From Acidimicrobiia bacterium (lineage in GTDB: Bacteria > Actinomycetota > Acidimicrobiia > Spongiisociales > ZC4RG35), in contig OZ244034.1 of assembly GCA_965215185.1 (NCBI GenBank), forward strand, positions 2,560,001-2,624,000: a DNA stretch of 64,000 nucleotides. The letters run 5' to 3'. Position numbers and translations under genes: made by a program. This document shows positions 1 through 12,396 of the stretch, piece after piece. The notes under the pieces were generated by a model. The model had not been told where the DNA came from. It saw only the letters and a list, made by a program, of their open reading frames with translations, and did no database searches. Positions within the stretch are counted from its first letter, which is position 1, and every line of letters starts with the position of its first letter.

Positions 1-102
1 GAGAACCTGTTGCTGGCGGTGGTGGTCTATTGGGTATTTGCTTTTAACTTCAGTCGGGCCAGCCTACGGCTGGAGAAACGTTTGGGTGTAGGCACCCGCT
101 AG
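1..102 (+). CDS. Amino-acid ABC transporter permease, C-terminal end (partial)
   Basis: Frame 1 reads ENLLLAVVVYWVFAFNFSRASLRLEKRLGVGTR*; typical permease C-terminus directly upstream of the ATPase. Confidence 0.7.
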   Translation, partial: ENLLLAVVVYWVFAFNFSRASLRLEKRLGVGTR

Positions 103-111
103 CGTGAGGGA

Positions 112-870
112 GTGATTATGGAAAACCAAGCAGCCAACCAGATCATCGTATGCGAGAACGTGAAGAAGTGGTTCGGGGATTTTCAGGCCCTCCGAGGCGT
201 TACCACCTCCATAGCCGAGGGGGAGGTGGTGGTGATCATCGGACCGTCGGGATCGGGTAAATCCACCTTCATACGTTGTATCAATCGCCTGGAGCAACAC
301 CAGGAGGGGCGGATCGTGGTGGGCGGAACCGAACTCACCTCCGATGTTCGAAACATTGAGCGAATCCGCTCAGACGTGGGGATGGTCTTCCAGCAGTTCA
401 ACCTGTTCCCTCATCTCACCGTGCTGCAGAACATCACTCTGGCCCAGGTCTGGGTCCGCAAACGGAGCAAGGCGGACGCCGAGGAGCGGGCGCTGGATCT
501 CCTGGAGCGGGTGAATATCCCCGAGCAAGCCTCCAAGTACCCGGGACAGCTCTCCGGTGGCCAGCAGCAGCGGGTGGCCATTGCCCGCTCGCTGGCCATG
601 GATCCCAAGATCATGCTGTTCGACGAGCCGACTTCCGCTCTCGATCCCGAGATGATCGCAGAAGTGCTGGAAGTGATGCGCGAGCTGGCCCGCACCGGGA
701 TGACCATCCTGGCTGTCACCCACGAAATGGGCTTCGCCCGCGAAGTCGCCAACCGCATCCTGCTGTTCGACGAGGGCCAGATAATAGAGGAAGGCCCCCC
801 CGCAGAGTTCTTCACCAACCCCCGCCACCCCCGCACCCAACTGTTCCTGAAACAAATCCTCAGTCACTGA
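112..870 (+). CDS. Polar amino-acid ABC transporter ATP-binding protein (GlnQ/AapP family)
   Basis: GPSGSGKS Walker A, LSGGQQQRVAIAR signature, MLFDEPTSALDPE. Confidence 0.95.
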   Translation: MIMENQAANQIIVCENVKKWFGDFQALRGVTTSIAEGEVVVIIGPSGSGKSTFIRCINRLEQHQEGRIVVGGTELTSDVRNIERIRSDVGMVFQQFNLFPHLTVLQNITLAQVWVRKRSKADAEERALDLLERVNIPEQASKYPGQLSGGQQQRVAIARSLAMDPKIMLFDEPTSALDPEMIAEVLEVMRELARTGMTILAVTHEMGFAREVANRILLFDEGQIIEEGPPAEFFTNPRHPRTQLFLKQILSH

Positions 871-1103
871 GGCGGGACGAGGAGCAGAGGACCCAAAGAT
901 ACGGACGGCGCCGCGACAGGATCTTGGGGTTCTGCACCGGCAAACGGCTTTATAGGGTTTTTATCCATAGGGTGGCAAACTGTTGGCATGCCCCATGGAA
1001 ATGACACCAATAGTGGCCTTTAGCCAGGGGGTTTGTAGTATCACCAATCCATAAAGGAGGCGAGGAGGGTGGAAAAGATGGAACCGACCGGAGGGGGGAA
1101 GAA

Positions 1104-1298
1104 ATGAGTGAACCTATCAAGGGTTATATAGTTCGAGGCAAGAAGCGAGCACCGAAAGCCTATCCCTCCGGTCGGGTATGCGTCCAGCAGGGGTGCGAGG
1201 TGAAGCTGAACCGGTACAACCGCCGGGAGCACTGCTACAACCACGCTCCGGTCCGGTATCCGCGAGTCAGGGGCAGGGTAGTTCCGGAGAACGCCTAG
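1104..1298 (+). CDS. Small basic protein with a putative C-x4-C-x12-C-x2-H zinc site
   Basis: GGAGG-type RBS upstream; CVQQGC...CYNH; followed by a terminator. Confidence 0.65.
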   Translation: MSEPIKGYIVRGKKRAPKAYPSGRVCVQQGCEVKLNRYNRREHCYNHAPVRYPRVRGRVVPENA

Positions 1299-1356
1299 AC
1301 ATTAAGTTTCCCTCCCTGACTCCAAACTGGAAGGGGTTGGGAAATTCGGAGACGAG

Positions 1357-1393
1357 AAAGGCGGCCCTTGGCCAAGCCCAGGGCCGCCTTTTT
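1357..1393. terminator. Bidirectional rho-independent terminator
   Basis: AAAGGCGGCCCT...AGGGCCGCCTTTTT stem between convergent genes. Confidence 0.75.
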
Positions 1394-1408
1394 GCGTGTT
1401 CGGGAGCG

Positions 1409-3361
<1,953 letters not shown>

Positions 3362-3541
3362 GGTGCGCTCCTTCGTTGGGCTATGACTCGCTCCCGAATT
3401 TAGGGAAGCCTTTCAACATTTCGGTTAGACCGTTGACAGTCTGATAAGACCATGGTAGATGACAAATCGGGGCCGGTAGCGTGACTGCAGATGGGAATCC
3501 GGCCCAGCGGAACGGGTAGGGAGGCCAGGTTGGACCCGTGA

Positions 3542-5053
3542 TCAGCGGCGGTGGCGGCTGGGATAGCGGCGGCGATATGTGGCGTGCAGGCTTTCCCAGA
3601 CCAGTGCGGTTATGGCCAGGATCTGTACCCAGTCTCCCAGTCGGACATAGAGGGTCGGCCCTTGGCTCTCAGCCCTGGTATGAACCTCACCGATCAACAG
3701 GGCCTCTTCGGCAAGGGCGGTGCGCGGTCCGGTCTCTCCGGTAGGTGTTATGAGGGTGGATCGGCCGGTCACCGCGGTGTGAATCAGCGGCATGCCCAAT
3801 TCCGCGGCCCGCATGCGAGTGATGCCGATGAACTGGTCGGAGGCCACCGAGCGGGGGTAGCTCTCCTGGCTGGTGGCCAAGATCAGTAGCCCGGCGCCTT
3901 CGCGGGCGTTCTCCCTGCCGTAGCGAGCGAACGACCCTTCAAAGGAGATCACTGATCCGAACGGTCCGAACCCCAGGTCCCACACCAGCGGCCCATCCCC
4001 TCGGACCATGTCCCGGGGCACCGCCTTCAACTCCTCCACCCATCCGAACCACCTTCGGGCCGGAACATATTCTCCGAAGGGAACCGGGTGCTGCTTGTGG
4101 TATTCGCTGACTATTCGGCCCGTTTGGTCGAACACCACATTGGCGTTCACCCAGTGGGTGTCGTTGAGTGGGCGATCGCCTCCGGCCAGCAGAACCGCTC
4201 CGATCCGGGCCGCCTCGGCCCCCATGGTCTCCGCCACTTCGGGAGCGTTTATGGGATCGGCCGTCCATGAGCCGGTCGAGCCTTCCGGCCATATCACCAA
4301 ATCGACGCTGCCCGGCACCAAGGTGCGGGTGATGCGCAAGTGGTTTTGGTAGACCTGATAGCGCTCGTTTGGGCAGTGCTCACCTGGACAGGGGTTGTTT
4401 CCCTGCACCACCGCCACCCTGACCATCTTCCCTTCGACTTGTGGTGGCCACAGGGCCCCGCCGACCAACAGCAGTGCCAGCAGCCCGGCCACCCCGCCCG
4501 CCAAACGAAAAGATGCCGGGCGACGGGTGTGGCGGGCGGCCAGTAGAGCCAAAGCGGCAGCGGCAGCCACCACCAGCACTGTCCAACCCGATGCGCCGAT
4601 CCATCGCGCGGCGCTGCGGGGCGGGGACCAGTCGCTTAGGGCATATCCGGACATCCCCCATTCCAATCCCCCCAGAGGCCATCGGACCCTAAGCCACTCT
4701 GCAAGTGCCCAACCACCCACCGCCCGGATGAACCATACGGAGGCTGGCGCCTCGGAACTGCGCGCCATGAAGACGGCGTATAGAGCGGGGAAGAGCGAGA
4801 CGACCAATACTGGAGGGATAAAGGCAATGACTCCCAATTCCGCAAGCCAGGGCATCAAGAACCCGAAAAACGATCCTCCGAATAGCAGGCCGGCCAATAC
4901 GGCCATGGGCAGCGTTTGAAGTCGCCTGGTTTGCAGCAGGAACAAGGCAAAGGCCGGGACCGCTATCCACCACCAGCCGCGGGGCGGAAAGGCCATGGCC
5001 AGGGCAGCGCCGGCGACAGCAGAAAGCAGGATGGGGGCAAATCGGTTGGGCAT
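3542..5053 (-). CDS. lnt: Apolipoprotein N-acyltransferase
   Basis: N-terminal TM helices, VQGN, WPEG, YHKQHPVPFGEYVP motifs. Confidence 0.88.
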   Translation of the reverse strand: MPNRFAPILLSAVAGAALAMAFPPRGWWWIAVPAFALFLLQTRRLQTLPMAVLAGLLFGGSFFGFLMPWLAELGVIAFIPPVLVVSLFPALYAVFMARSSEAPASVWFIRAVGGWALAEWLRVRWPLGGLEWGMSGYALSDWSPPRSAARWIGASGWTVLVVAAAAALALLAARHTRRPASFRLAGGVAGLLALLLVGGALWPPQVEGKMVRVAVVQGNNPCPGEHCPNERYQVYQNHLRITRTLVPGSVDLVIWPEGSTGSWTADPINAPEVAETMGAEAARIGAVLLAGGDRPLNDTHWVNANVVFDQTGRIVSEYHKQHPVPFGEYVPARRWFGWVEELKAVPRDMVRGDGPLVWDLGFGPFGSVISFEGSFARYGRENAREGAGLLILATSQESYPRSVASDQFIGITRMRAAELGMPLIHTAVTGRSTLITPTGETGPRTALAEEALLIGEVHTRAESQGPTLYVRLGDWVQILAITALVWESLHATYRRRYPSRHRR

Positions 5054-5107
5054 GGGTCTTTGCTTGTCAGGCTACCCAAGACCAGGGGGCAGGGTAACCT
5101 CTGTTCG

Positions 5108-5953
5108 GTGAAGAGCGGCGTCGGCATTTTCAGCGATCTGGAACTGGCTGTGGTGGTGGCGCGCCAGGCTGCGGAGCGGCTGAGGGAGGCTTTGGGGGAA
5201 AAGACGGAGGTGGAGTTCAAAGGAGAGGTGGACCCGGTCACCGAGGTGGATCGGCAGGTGGAGGCCGAGATACGGCAGATGCTGTTGCTCCATCGGCCTG
5301 CAGACGGAATACTGGGAGAGGAGGAAGGAGGCATTCTTCCCCCAAAGGGCCGGGTGTGGATCCTTGACCCTTTGGACGGGACGGTCAACTTCATCCACGG
5401 ATTGGCGCCGGTCAGCGTGTCCGTGGCTTTGTGGGAGGACCGAACTCCTGTGGTGGGAGTAGTAATCGAAGCCATACACGGCGAAGAGTTCACCGCGGCG
5501 CGCGGGGAGGGCGCCACGCTCGGCGCTCGGCCGATATCGGTTAGCTCGAACGCCCTTTTATCTCAAGCCCTGGTCGCGACCGGCTTTCCCTATGACCGGC
5601 AGAAGCGGGCACAAGAGTATGCCGGGTTGCTGGCCACGGTGCTGGCCACTTGCCAGGGAGTGCGGCGCCGGGGATCGGCGGCTTTGGATCTCTGCTATGT
5701 CGCCGATGGCCGATTTGACGCCTACTGGGAGCAGGGGTTGGGGGTCTGGGACATGGCTGCTGGGATCTTAATTGTGGAGGAGGCAGGTGGAACGGTGACC
5801 GACCTTGAAGGAGGCCCGGTTCCACTGGACGGATCAATGGTATTAGCTACCAACGGCGCCGTCCATCAGCGGTTTGGAAAGGTGCTAGCCCAAGCGGCCA
5901 GCCAGGCAAATCCGGGGAGAAATAATGGGAAACACCAAAAAAGAGATCTTTGA
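5108..5953 (+). CDS. Inositol monophosphatase family protein (SuhB-like)
   Basis: GEE, WILDPLDGTVNF, WDMAAGILIVEEAGG; start taken at GTG 5108 (uncertain). Confidence 0.9.
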   Translation: MKSGVGIFSDLELAVVVARQAAERLREALGEKTEVEFKGEVDPVTEVDRQVEAEIRQMLLLHRPADGILGEEEGGILPPKGRVWILDPLDGTVNFIHGLAPVSVSVALWEDRTPVVGVVIEAIHGEEFTAARGEGATLGARPISVSSNALLSQALVATGFPYDRQKRAQEYAGLLATVLATCQGVRRRGSAALDLCYVADGRFDAYWEQGLGVWDMAAGILIVEEAGGTVTDLEGGPVPLDGSMVLATNGAVHQRFGKVLAQAASQANPGRNNGKHQKRDL

Positions 5954-7898
5954 CTACACGGCTATCAGCGTTTCGCTGATAGAAAAACTCACGTCGCAGG
6001 CCATCGCGGAAGCCGAACGTCTTCGGTCCGAGGTAATGGATACCGACTCTCCTCGCTCTTACCGCAATACACTGGCGCCGCTCGAGGCGGTGGGGGAGAC
6101 GCTCAGCAGAGCTTTCGGCGAGGTTGGCTTCATGGGCTATGTTCATACCAACCCGGACGTAAGGGCGGCGGGCCGCGCCTGTACCGAACAACTTTCCAAA
6201 TGGCAGACGGAGCTCGCTTTCGACCCCGGCCTCTACCAGGCGGTGGAGGCTTTGTCGGCCACCGATGAGGCTGCCGCTCTCACCGGGGAGCGTGCCCGAT
6301 ACCTGGAGTTTGTCCGCCGGGACCTGAAGCGGGCTGGCCATCACCTTCCCACCGAATCGCAGGACCGGGTAAAAGAACTGACTCGGCGGCTGATCGAATT
6401 GGGAGTGGCCTTCGAGCAGAACATCGCCGAGTACGACGACGCCTTGGAGGTAACCCGGCAGGATCTGCAGGGTCTGCCGGAGTCCTATATCGATTCCCTA
6501 CCACCCGCCGATGAGGAGGGGCGGCTGCGGGTAACAATGGCCTATCCTCACGTGATTCCCTTCATGGAGAACGCGCCGCGCCGCGACCTGCGCCGCAGAC
6601 TGATGGGAAAGTTCAACAGCCGGGCCGTGGAGACCAACCGTCGGCCGCTGGAGGAGGCGGTGGCGATTCGCATGGAGATAGCTGCCCTGTTCGATGAGCC
6701 CTCGTGGGCGCACCATCGGCTAACCGATCGGATGGCCAAGACGCCCGAGGCAGTCGAGAACTTTTATGACCTGTTGTTGGAACCGCTTCGCGAGGCCGGG
6801 CGCCGGGAGATTGACCGTATCACCGGGATGTTGGAGGCTGATGGAGAAGAGGGCCCCACTCAGGTTTGGGATTGGCGGTACTACGACAACCAGATCCGCC
6901 TCACCGAATACGGAGTGGACCAGATGGAAGTGGCGGGGTACTTTCCGCTCGACCGGGTGGTGGAGGGAATGCTGGATCTAACCGGGGAGGTGTTTGGACT
7001 GGAGTACCGGGTGGCGGAGGCGCCGGTTTGGCATGAAAAAGTGATCACCTACGCGGTTTTCCACCAGGCGTCGGGGGAGAGAATCGCCCATTTTCATATG
7101 GACCTCTTCCCTCGAGAGGGAAAGTTCAGCCACGCCGCGGCATTTCCGTTGGTAGGAGGCCGCCGCCTGACTGATGGGTCTTATCAGCAACCTCGGTCGG
7201 CGATTGTGGCCAACTTCACCCCGCCCGCGGATGGAATGCCCGCGCTGTTGCAGCATTCGGAGGTGGTGACACTGTTTCACGAGTTCGGGCACATCCTTCA
7301 CCAGGTTCTCACCCGGACCGAATTGGGCCGGTTTTCGGGAACCAGCACCGAGGGGGACTTCGTGGAGGCGCCCAGCCAGATCATGGAGAACTGGACCTGG
7401 CGACCCGAGATATTGGCCCGGTTCGCCTTCCATCACGAGACAGGGGAACCGCTGCCCTCCGCGCTATTGGAGAAGCTGACCGGCGCAAGGCTGCTGAACG
7501 TGGCCATCTCGAAGCTTCGCCAGGCCAGTTTCGGGCTGTTGGATATGGCCCTGCACGGTCCCCAGCCCGAAAAGGATCTCGACGAGATGCTGGCGGGCGC
7601 CACCGAGGTGTCGCTGTTCCCTCTCCAGGAGGGAACCTTCTTCCCGGCCAGTTTCGGGCATCTGATGGCGGGCTATGACGCCGGCTACTATGGGTATCTG
7701 TGGTCGGAGGTGTACGGGGACGACATGTGGCGCCGTTTTGAGGAGGAGGGGATCACCAATCCGGCGGTGGGCATGGATTACCGCCGAGAGGTATTGGAAG
7801 TGGGCGGCTCCCGAGACGCTCTCGACACTCTGCGAGCCTTTCTAAAGAGAGACCCTGACAACGGCGCCTTTCTCCGCAAGCTCGGAATCAGTACGTAG
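5925..7898 (+). CDS. M3 family metallopeptidase (thimet oligopeptidase-like)
   Basis: FHEFGH zinc motif, DFVEAPSQIMENW, GYYGYLWSEVY. Confidence 0.93.
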   Translation: MGNTKKEIFDYTAISVSLIEKLTSQAIAEAERLRSEVMDTDSPRSYRNTLAPLEAVGETLSRAFGEVGFMGYVHTNPDVRAAGRACTEQLSKWQTELAFDPGLYQAVEALSATDEAAALTGERARYLEFVRRDLKRAGHHLPTESQDRVKELTRRLIELGVAFEQNIAEYDDALEVTRQDLQGLPESYIDSLPPADEEGRLRVTMAYPHVIPFMENAPRRDLRRRLMGKFNSRAVETNRRPLEEAVAIRMEIAALFDEPSWAHHRLTDRMAKTPEAVENFYDLLLEPLREAGRREIDRITGMLEADGEEGPTQVWDWRYYDNQIRLTEYGVDQMEVAGYFPLDRVVEGMLDLTGEVFGLEYRVAEAPVWHEKVITYAVFHQASGERIAHFHMDLFPREGKFSHAAAFPLVGGRRLTDGSYQQPRSAIVANFTPPADGMPALLQHSEVVTLFHEFGHILHQVLTRTELGRFSGTSTEGDFVEAPSQIMENWTWRPEILARFAFHHETGEPLPSALLEKLTGARLLNVAISKLRQASFGLLDMALHGPQPEKDLDEMLAGATEVSLFPLQEGTFFPASFGHLMAGYDAGYYGYLWSEVYGDDMWRRFEEEGITNPAVGMDYRREVLEVGGSRDALDTLRAFLKRDPDNGAFLRKLGIST

Positions 7899-7987
7899 AT
7901 CAGGCGCTGCTCCCAACCCGGCGAGATAGGTGGGAACGCAATGCCTAAGAACCACTGCCGGTCCTTACCGCTGGTTGGACCCCAAGC

Positions 7988-8692
7988 TCAGGAATCCAGG
8001 TCGATCCCGCCGAATAAACAGATGCCGGTGAGGGTGAGTCGGCCTACCGGGACGCGGGATGGGGAGCGGTCACGCTTGTCTTCGATGCTTCCGAGGAGAT
8101 TATTGATCTGTACATCAATGGTCCAGTTGTCGGGGATCCGGATCTGAGCGCTGCCGAATATCACCGTGATGTCCAAGGTAGCTTCGCCGTCGGCGAGGGA
8201 AGCGTCGCGCAGGTTGATCTCGGTGCTTGCGAATACGGAGATGACCTGGCCGCCCGCTAGCGCTTGATCATTGACGCGTCGCTGGGAACTGCCGAAAACA
8301 GATGTGACGTTCAGTTCGCCGGGAGAGGGCCTGTCGTCAATGCGTTGTTGAGGCGCCGGTCGTGAGCGCTTCCTGTTGCGGCCCAAGAGTATCTTCGCCC
8401 CGACCAGGATCAGAACCAGCGGCCAGAACCTCCAGATATCCCCGATCGAGTATTCCCAAACATCCTGGGTATCCAAGAGGAAAAACACACCCAGGGCAAT
8501 GAGCGCTATAGCCCCAACCCGCGAGGAGTCTTTTCTTACCAGGTTCCAGATTCCCATCACGATCAGGATGACGGGCCACCATCCCCCCCAGGGGATTTCC
8601 CAATCGGTGAGGTTCTCCAAAAGGAACACCACACCGATGGCAAGAATTGCCAAGCCGACAAACACCCGGGGGCCTCGAGCAGCAGACGCCAT
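7988..8692 (-). CDS. LiaF-related membrane protein (DUF5668 TM region plus cell-wall-antibiotic response C-domain)
   Basis: Four TM helices with WP motifs; C-terminal VFG/IFG repeats, IRIPDNW. Confidence 0.8.
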   Translation of the reverse strand: MASAARGPRVFVGLAILAIGVVFLLENLTDWEIPWGGWWPVILIVMGIWNLVRKDSSRVGAIALIALGVFFLLDTQDVWEYSIGDIWRFWPLVLILVGAKILLGRNRKRSRPAPQQRIDDRPSPGELNVTSVFGSSQRRVNDQALAGGQVISVFASTEINLRDASLADGEATLDITVIFGSAQIRIPDNWTIDVQINNLLGSIEDKRDRSPSRVPVGRLTLTGICLFGGIDLDS

Positions 8693-8777
8693 TTTTCCTC
8701 CTCAGTCACAGGGCCGCATAGCAGATGCTAGGCACATCCGTCATGAAACAATACGGCGGCGCCGGGCGGGCCCTAAG

Positions 8778-10419
8778 CCTGGATCCACCGATGGTTTGTG
8801 GGAGGGTGCGGAGGTTAATGCGTTGAAGTGCCTCTCTGACCTGGGAGAATAGCTGTTATCTAAACACGGCTATTACTCAGGCAGAGGAGGCACTTGTGGT
8901 GAACAGGATACCGAAGGATGTTGACCGGTTGGGGGTGGTGTTCGATGACGGGTCGTTGGTAGCCGACGCGGGGTTGTTGGTAGCCGCCACGTTGATGAAG
9001 CGGCTAGGTTTGGAACAGTTGCTGGTCGAGACCGTACGTTTGGGTGATCGCCCGGGAGGAGCGCATCCAGGTCGCAAGGTACTGTCGTTGGTGGCGTCGA
9101 TGTTGGTGGGCGGTTCCCACATTGATCATGCCGATCGGCTGCGGGCCGGTTCCACCCAGAGGGTGTTGCCGTTTTTGGTGATGGCCCCGTCCACGTTGGG
9201 GACGTTCCTTCGTTCGTTCACATGGGGTCATGTCCGCCAACTGGACAAAGCTCTGGGTGAAACCCTTCGACGGGTCTGGTCCTCGGGCGCAGGTCCCGAC
9301 AGCAATCCGGTGACCATAGATGTGGACTCCACCATTTGTGAGGTGTCGGGCAAGACCAAACAAGGTGCTTCTTATGGGTACACCGGACAGTTGGGATACC
9401 ACCCTTTGGTGGCGGTGCGGTCGGACACCGCAGAGATCGTCGGTTCCCGTCTGCGGAGCGGTTCCTCCCAACGGGGCAACACCCATTTCATTGTGGAGGC
9501 GGTGAACCGTGTCAGGCGGGCAGGCGCTTGTGGTCCGGTCACCGTTCGGACCGATTCTGGGTTCTGGTCCTACCGTCTCATAGACAACTTGGATCGTTTG
9601 GGAGCCGAATGGTCGATCACCATACCCCAATATCGGCAGGTCAGAAAGGCTATAGCGAACATAGCTGAGGACGAGTGGGAACCGATCAGTTATCCCGAGG
9701 ATGGCGAGGCGCAGGTGGCCGAGACTACGTTCATCGCCTCCAAGAAAGGCAACCACCGTCGAGTGCGGGTAGTGGTGCGCCGCACCCGACTATCGGATCC
9801 CCACCAGGCGCAACTGTGGCCCGACTGGCGATACCACACCTTCGCCACCAACACCGAACTGTCCCCCATCGCGGCGGATGCTTACCACCGTGCACACGCC
9901 CGCGCCGAGTTGGCCATCAGAGACCTCAAAGCCCACGCCGGGCTTTCCCACTGCCCTTCAGGGAACTTCTACGCCAACGCCGCCTGGCTTTCCTGCGCCG
10001 TCCTGGCACACAACATCTACCGGTGGATCCAATACCACACCCGACCGGTCGGGCAAACCTTGACCAACGGGAACACTGTCCGCACCCGCCTGTTCCGACT
10101 GCCCGGAAGGATCGTGAACCACGGACGGAAACTGATCCTGCGCCTCCCCACCAAATGGCCATGGGCCGACCTCTACCGCACCACCCTCACCAGCATCCGC
10201 AGGCTGCCCCAACTCTGCTGACCCGACTCGCTCAGCACAACGAACCACCAAACCACCGCCCACAGGGCTCCACGCGTCCCCACACGCTCCAGACCCAACC
10301 GCACACCCCCAACAAACCGGCCGAACCCCCACAGAAGCATCACATCCCCTCCGCCACCGCCCGATCATCCCAAAACGCACCCACCATCCCCACCAAACTC
10401 ACCCATCGGTGGATTCAGG
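8778..10419 (+). mobile_element. IS1380-family insertion sequence, apparently complete
   Basis: 17-bp terminal IRs CCTGGATCCACCGATGG / CCATCGGTGGATTCAGG (1 mismatch); 5-bp TSD CTAAG at 8773-8777 and 10420-10424. Confidence 0.93.
8896..10221 (+). CDS. IS1380-family DDE transposase
   Basis: TIDVDSTI, GYHPL, VRTDSGF, HRAHARAELAIRDLK, C-terminal LRLPTKWPW. Confidence 0.92.
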   Translation: MVNRIPKDVDRLGVVFDDGSLVADAGLLVAATLMKRLGLEQLLVETVRLGDRPGGAHPGRKVLSLVASMLVGGSHIDHADRLRAGSTQRVLPFLVMAPSTLGTFLRSFTWGHVRQLDKALGETLRRVWSSGAGPDSNPVTIDVDSTICEVSGKTKQGASYGYTGQLGYHPLVAVRSDTAEIVGSRLRSGSSQRGNTHFIVEAVNRVRRAGACGPVTVRTDSGFWSYRLIDNLDRLGAEWSITIPQYRQVRKAIANIAEDEWEPISYPEDGEAQVAETTFIASKKGNHRRVRVVVRRTRLSDPHQAQLWPDWRYHTFATNTELSPIAADAYHRAHARAELAIRDLKAHAGLSHCPSGNFYANAAWLSCAVLAHNIYRWIQYHTRPVGQTLTNGNTVRTRLFRLPGRIVNHGRKLILRLPTKWPWADLYRTTLTSIRRLPQLC

Positions 10420-10499
10420 CTAAGAGGCTGTTCATGAGCATTGCCTTTCGGCCCATGCCACTACGGGTCAGATAGAGCCAAGGAAGGTGGCAAAAGTAA

Positions 10500-10520
10500 T
10501 TAGTAAAAGTGTTTGACAAA
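10500..10520. promoter_or_regulatory. Putative ROK-family operator overlapping a TTGACA -35 box
   Basis: Imperfect palindrome TTAGTAAAAGTGTTTGACAAA upstream of the ROK gene. Confidence 0.5.
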
Positions 10521-10615
10521 ATGGCTTTGGCCTACATACACTCCAAGTCAAACCAGTCGGAACTGTTGCAGAGTCTCATGGTCTGCGCAATGGAAGCTAA
10601 AGGTAGGCCACGCAG

Positions 10616-11821
10616 GTGATTGAAGAGTCGGGCTCCGGGATGCTTCGGCTGCGGAACGGCCAAGTTGTTTTCGACCGATTCATTGAGGCCGGGAGGCAAA
10701 CCATCTCCCGGGCCGAGATCGCTCGCATGACCGGATTGTCCAAACCGACCGTCAACGCACTGGTTCAGGATCTCGAAAAGACCGGGATAGTGAGGCGCAT
10801 CTCCTCCACCCAGTCTCACGGTCGGATCGGTCGGCCTGCGGCCTCCTACGAGTTGATAGCTGATGCCGCCGTAGTGGTGGGCGTTGACATGGGGGCTACC
10901 AAGACCCTGGTGGGGGTCGCCAACCTGCTGGGAGAGGTTATAGCCATGGAGCAGATCGAGACGCCGTCTCATGCGCCTGCCGCCTTGGACGCCGTGGTGA
11001 TCACCGCGGCCCGGCTGCTGGAGGGCTTTGGTGAACCGGCCGCCCGTCTTGAAGGAGCGTGTATGGGGGTCCCAGGCGTTTACCGACCCTCGCTTGACAG
11101 GGTGGAGATGGCTCCCAACCTTCCCGGCTTTGGCGATCTGCCGATCGCGGCTGAACTGTCGACCCGGCTGGGAGTTCCGGTAACCATTGAGAATGACGTG
11201 AATCTGGCCACGGTGGGGGAGGCGAAGGCCATGGCGAGCCAGGGGGTGGAGGATTTCGCCGCCATCTCGATCGGGACGGGTATTGGTATGGGCATGGTCT
11301 TGGACGGAGAGCTCTACCGAGGCGCCCACGGGGCGGCCGGTGAGATTGGATCAGTCAAGCTGCCGAGGATGGGAGGTGAGGTGTTCCACGCCCTCACCCT
11401 GGAGGATGTCGCCTCGGCGCCCGCTATTCGCAAGTTGTTTCACCGCGCGGTGGAGGGGGGTCACCGCACCGGTCTGGAGGGTGACGCCGACCTGCGGTCC
11501 ATCTTCGCGGCGACCTTAAACGGGGACGAAGCCGCGACTGCGGCGCTAACCATTGCCGCCGATGCGGTCGCTTTCGCCACTTCCTATTTCTGTTGGGTGA
11601 ATGATCCCTCCATGGTGGTGTTCGGCGGCGGGGTGGGCGCCAATCCTATTTTTGTCGACGCGGTGCGGGCCAGGATCGGCCGCTATCTGACCGTGGTCCC
11701 GCAACTGATTCCCTCAACCATCGGCGGCCAGGCTGCCTTTCATGGCGCGGTCTCTACTGCCCTTTCCGCGGTACGGAAGTCGCTCGTGGCCAAGCGATTG
11801 GAGCGTAGGAACGAGGGATGA
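10616..11821 (+). CDS. ROK family transcriptional regulator
   Basis: HTH SRAEIARMTGLSKPTV; VGVDMGAT; ENDVNLA; GTGIGMG; GAAGEIG. Confidence 0.93.
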   Translation: MIEESGSGMLRLRNGQVVFDRFIEAGRQTISRAEIARMTGLSKPTVNALVQDLEKTGIVRRISSTQSHGRIGRPAASYELIADAAVVVGVDMGATKTLVGVANLLGEVIAMEQIETPSHAPAALDAVVITAARLLEGFGEPAARLEGACMGVPGVYRPSLDRVEMAPNLPGFGDLPIAAELSTRLGVPVTIENDVNLATVGEAKAMASQGVEDFAAISIGTGIGMGMVLDGELYRGAHGAAGEIGSVKLPRMGGEVFHALTLEDVASAPAIRKLFHRAVEGGHRTGLEGDADLRSIFAATLNGDEAATAALTIAADAVAFATSYFCWVNDPSMVVFGGGVGANPIFVDAVRARIGRYLTVVPQLIPSTIGGQAAFHGAVSTALSAVRKSLVAKRLERRNEG

Positions 11822-12396
11822 AAAGCCCAGCGGAGTTCATTGCGGCCGCGGTAGACGGTGACGCGCTCGTAGAGCTTGCGCAGGAGGCGGTGCGGATTCC
11901 CAGCATCACTCCCAACGAGGCAGCCTTCGCCGATTGGGTTAGGACCCAGCTCGAAGCAGGCGGCTGGAGCGAGGTCAGTCTGGTGGAAGTGGAGCCCGGC
12001 CGGCCCAACGTCTATTCCCGGGCTGGAGAGGGGGAGATGGACGCTCGGTCATTGGTGTTGGCGGGGCACTTGGACACGGTGCAGGCCGATGACTGGACCG
12101 CGGAGTGGATCGGCGCCGATCGAGCCGACCCCTTTGCCGGACACGTCATCGATGGGGAGATCTGGGCACGGGGAGTTACCGACCAAAAGGGGGGTATATG
12201 TTCCATCATCGAGGCGATTCGAGCGGTGTACCGGGCCGGATACCGCCTGCGCGGATCGGTGATCGGACTGTTCGTATGTGACGAGGAGTCAGGCCAGCCC
12301 GGCAGCGGCCTGTCGCTGGGGATGCGTGCCGCGGTGGCGGAGCTATTCGAGGGAGCAGAGCAGCGTCCCGCCTTTGCGGTGTACACGGAGCCCACC
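11818..12396 (+). pseudogene. M20 family peptidase/deacylase (ArgE/DapE-like), N-terminal half, interrupted
   Basis: GHLDTV, RGVTDQKGG, DEESG, YTEPT, after which similarity is lost. Confidence 0.85.

Noticed and set aside
883-935. Imperfect hairpin after the ABC ATPase as an ncRNA or REP
   Set aside because: Single copy; most simply a terminator-like stem
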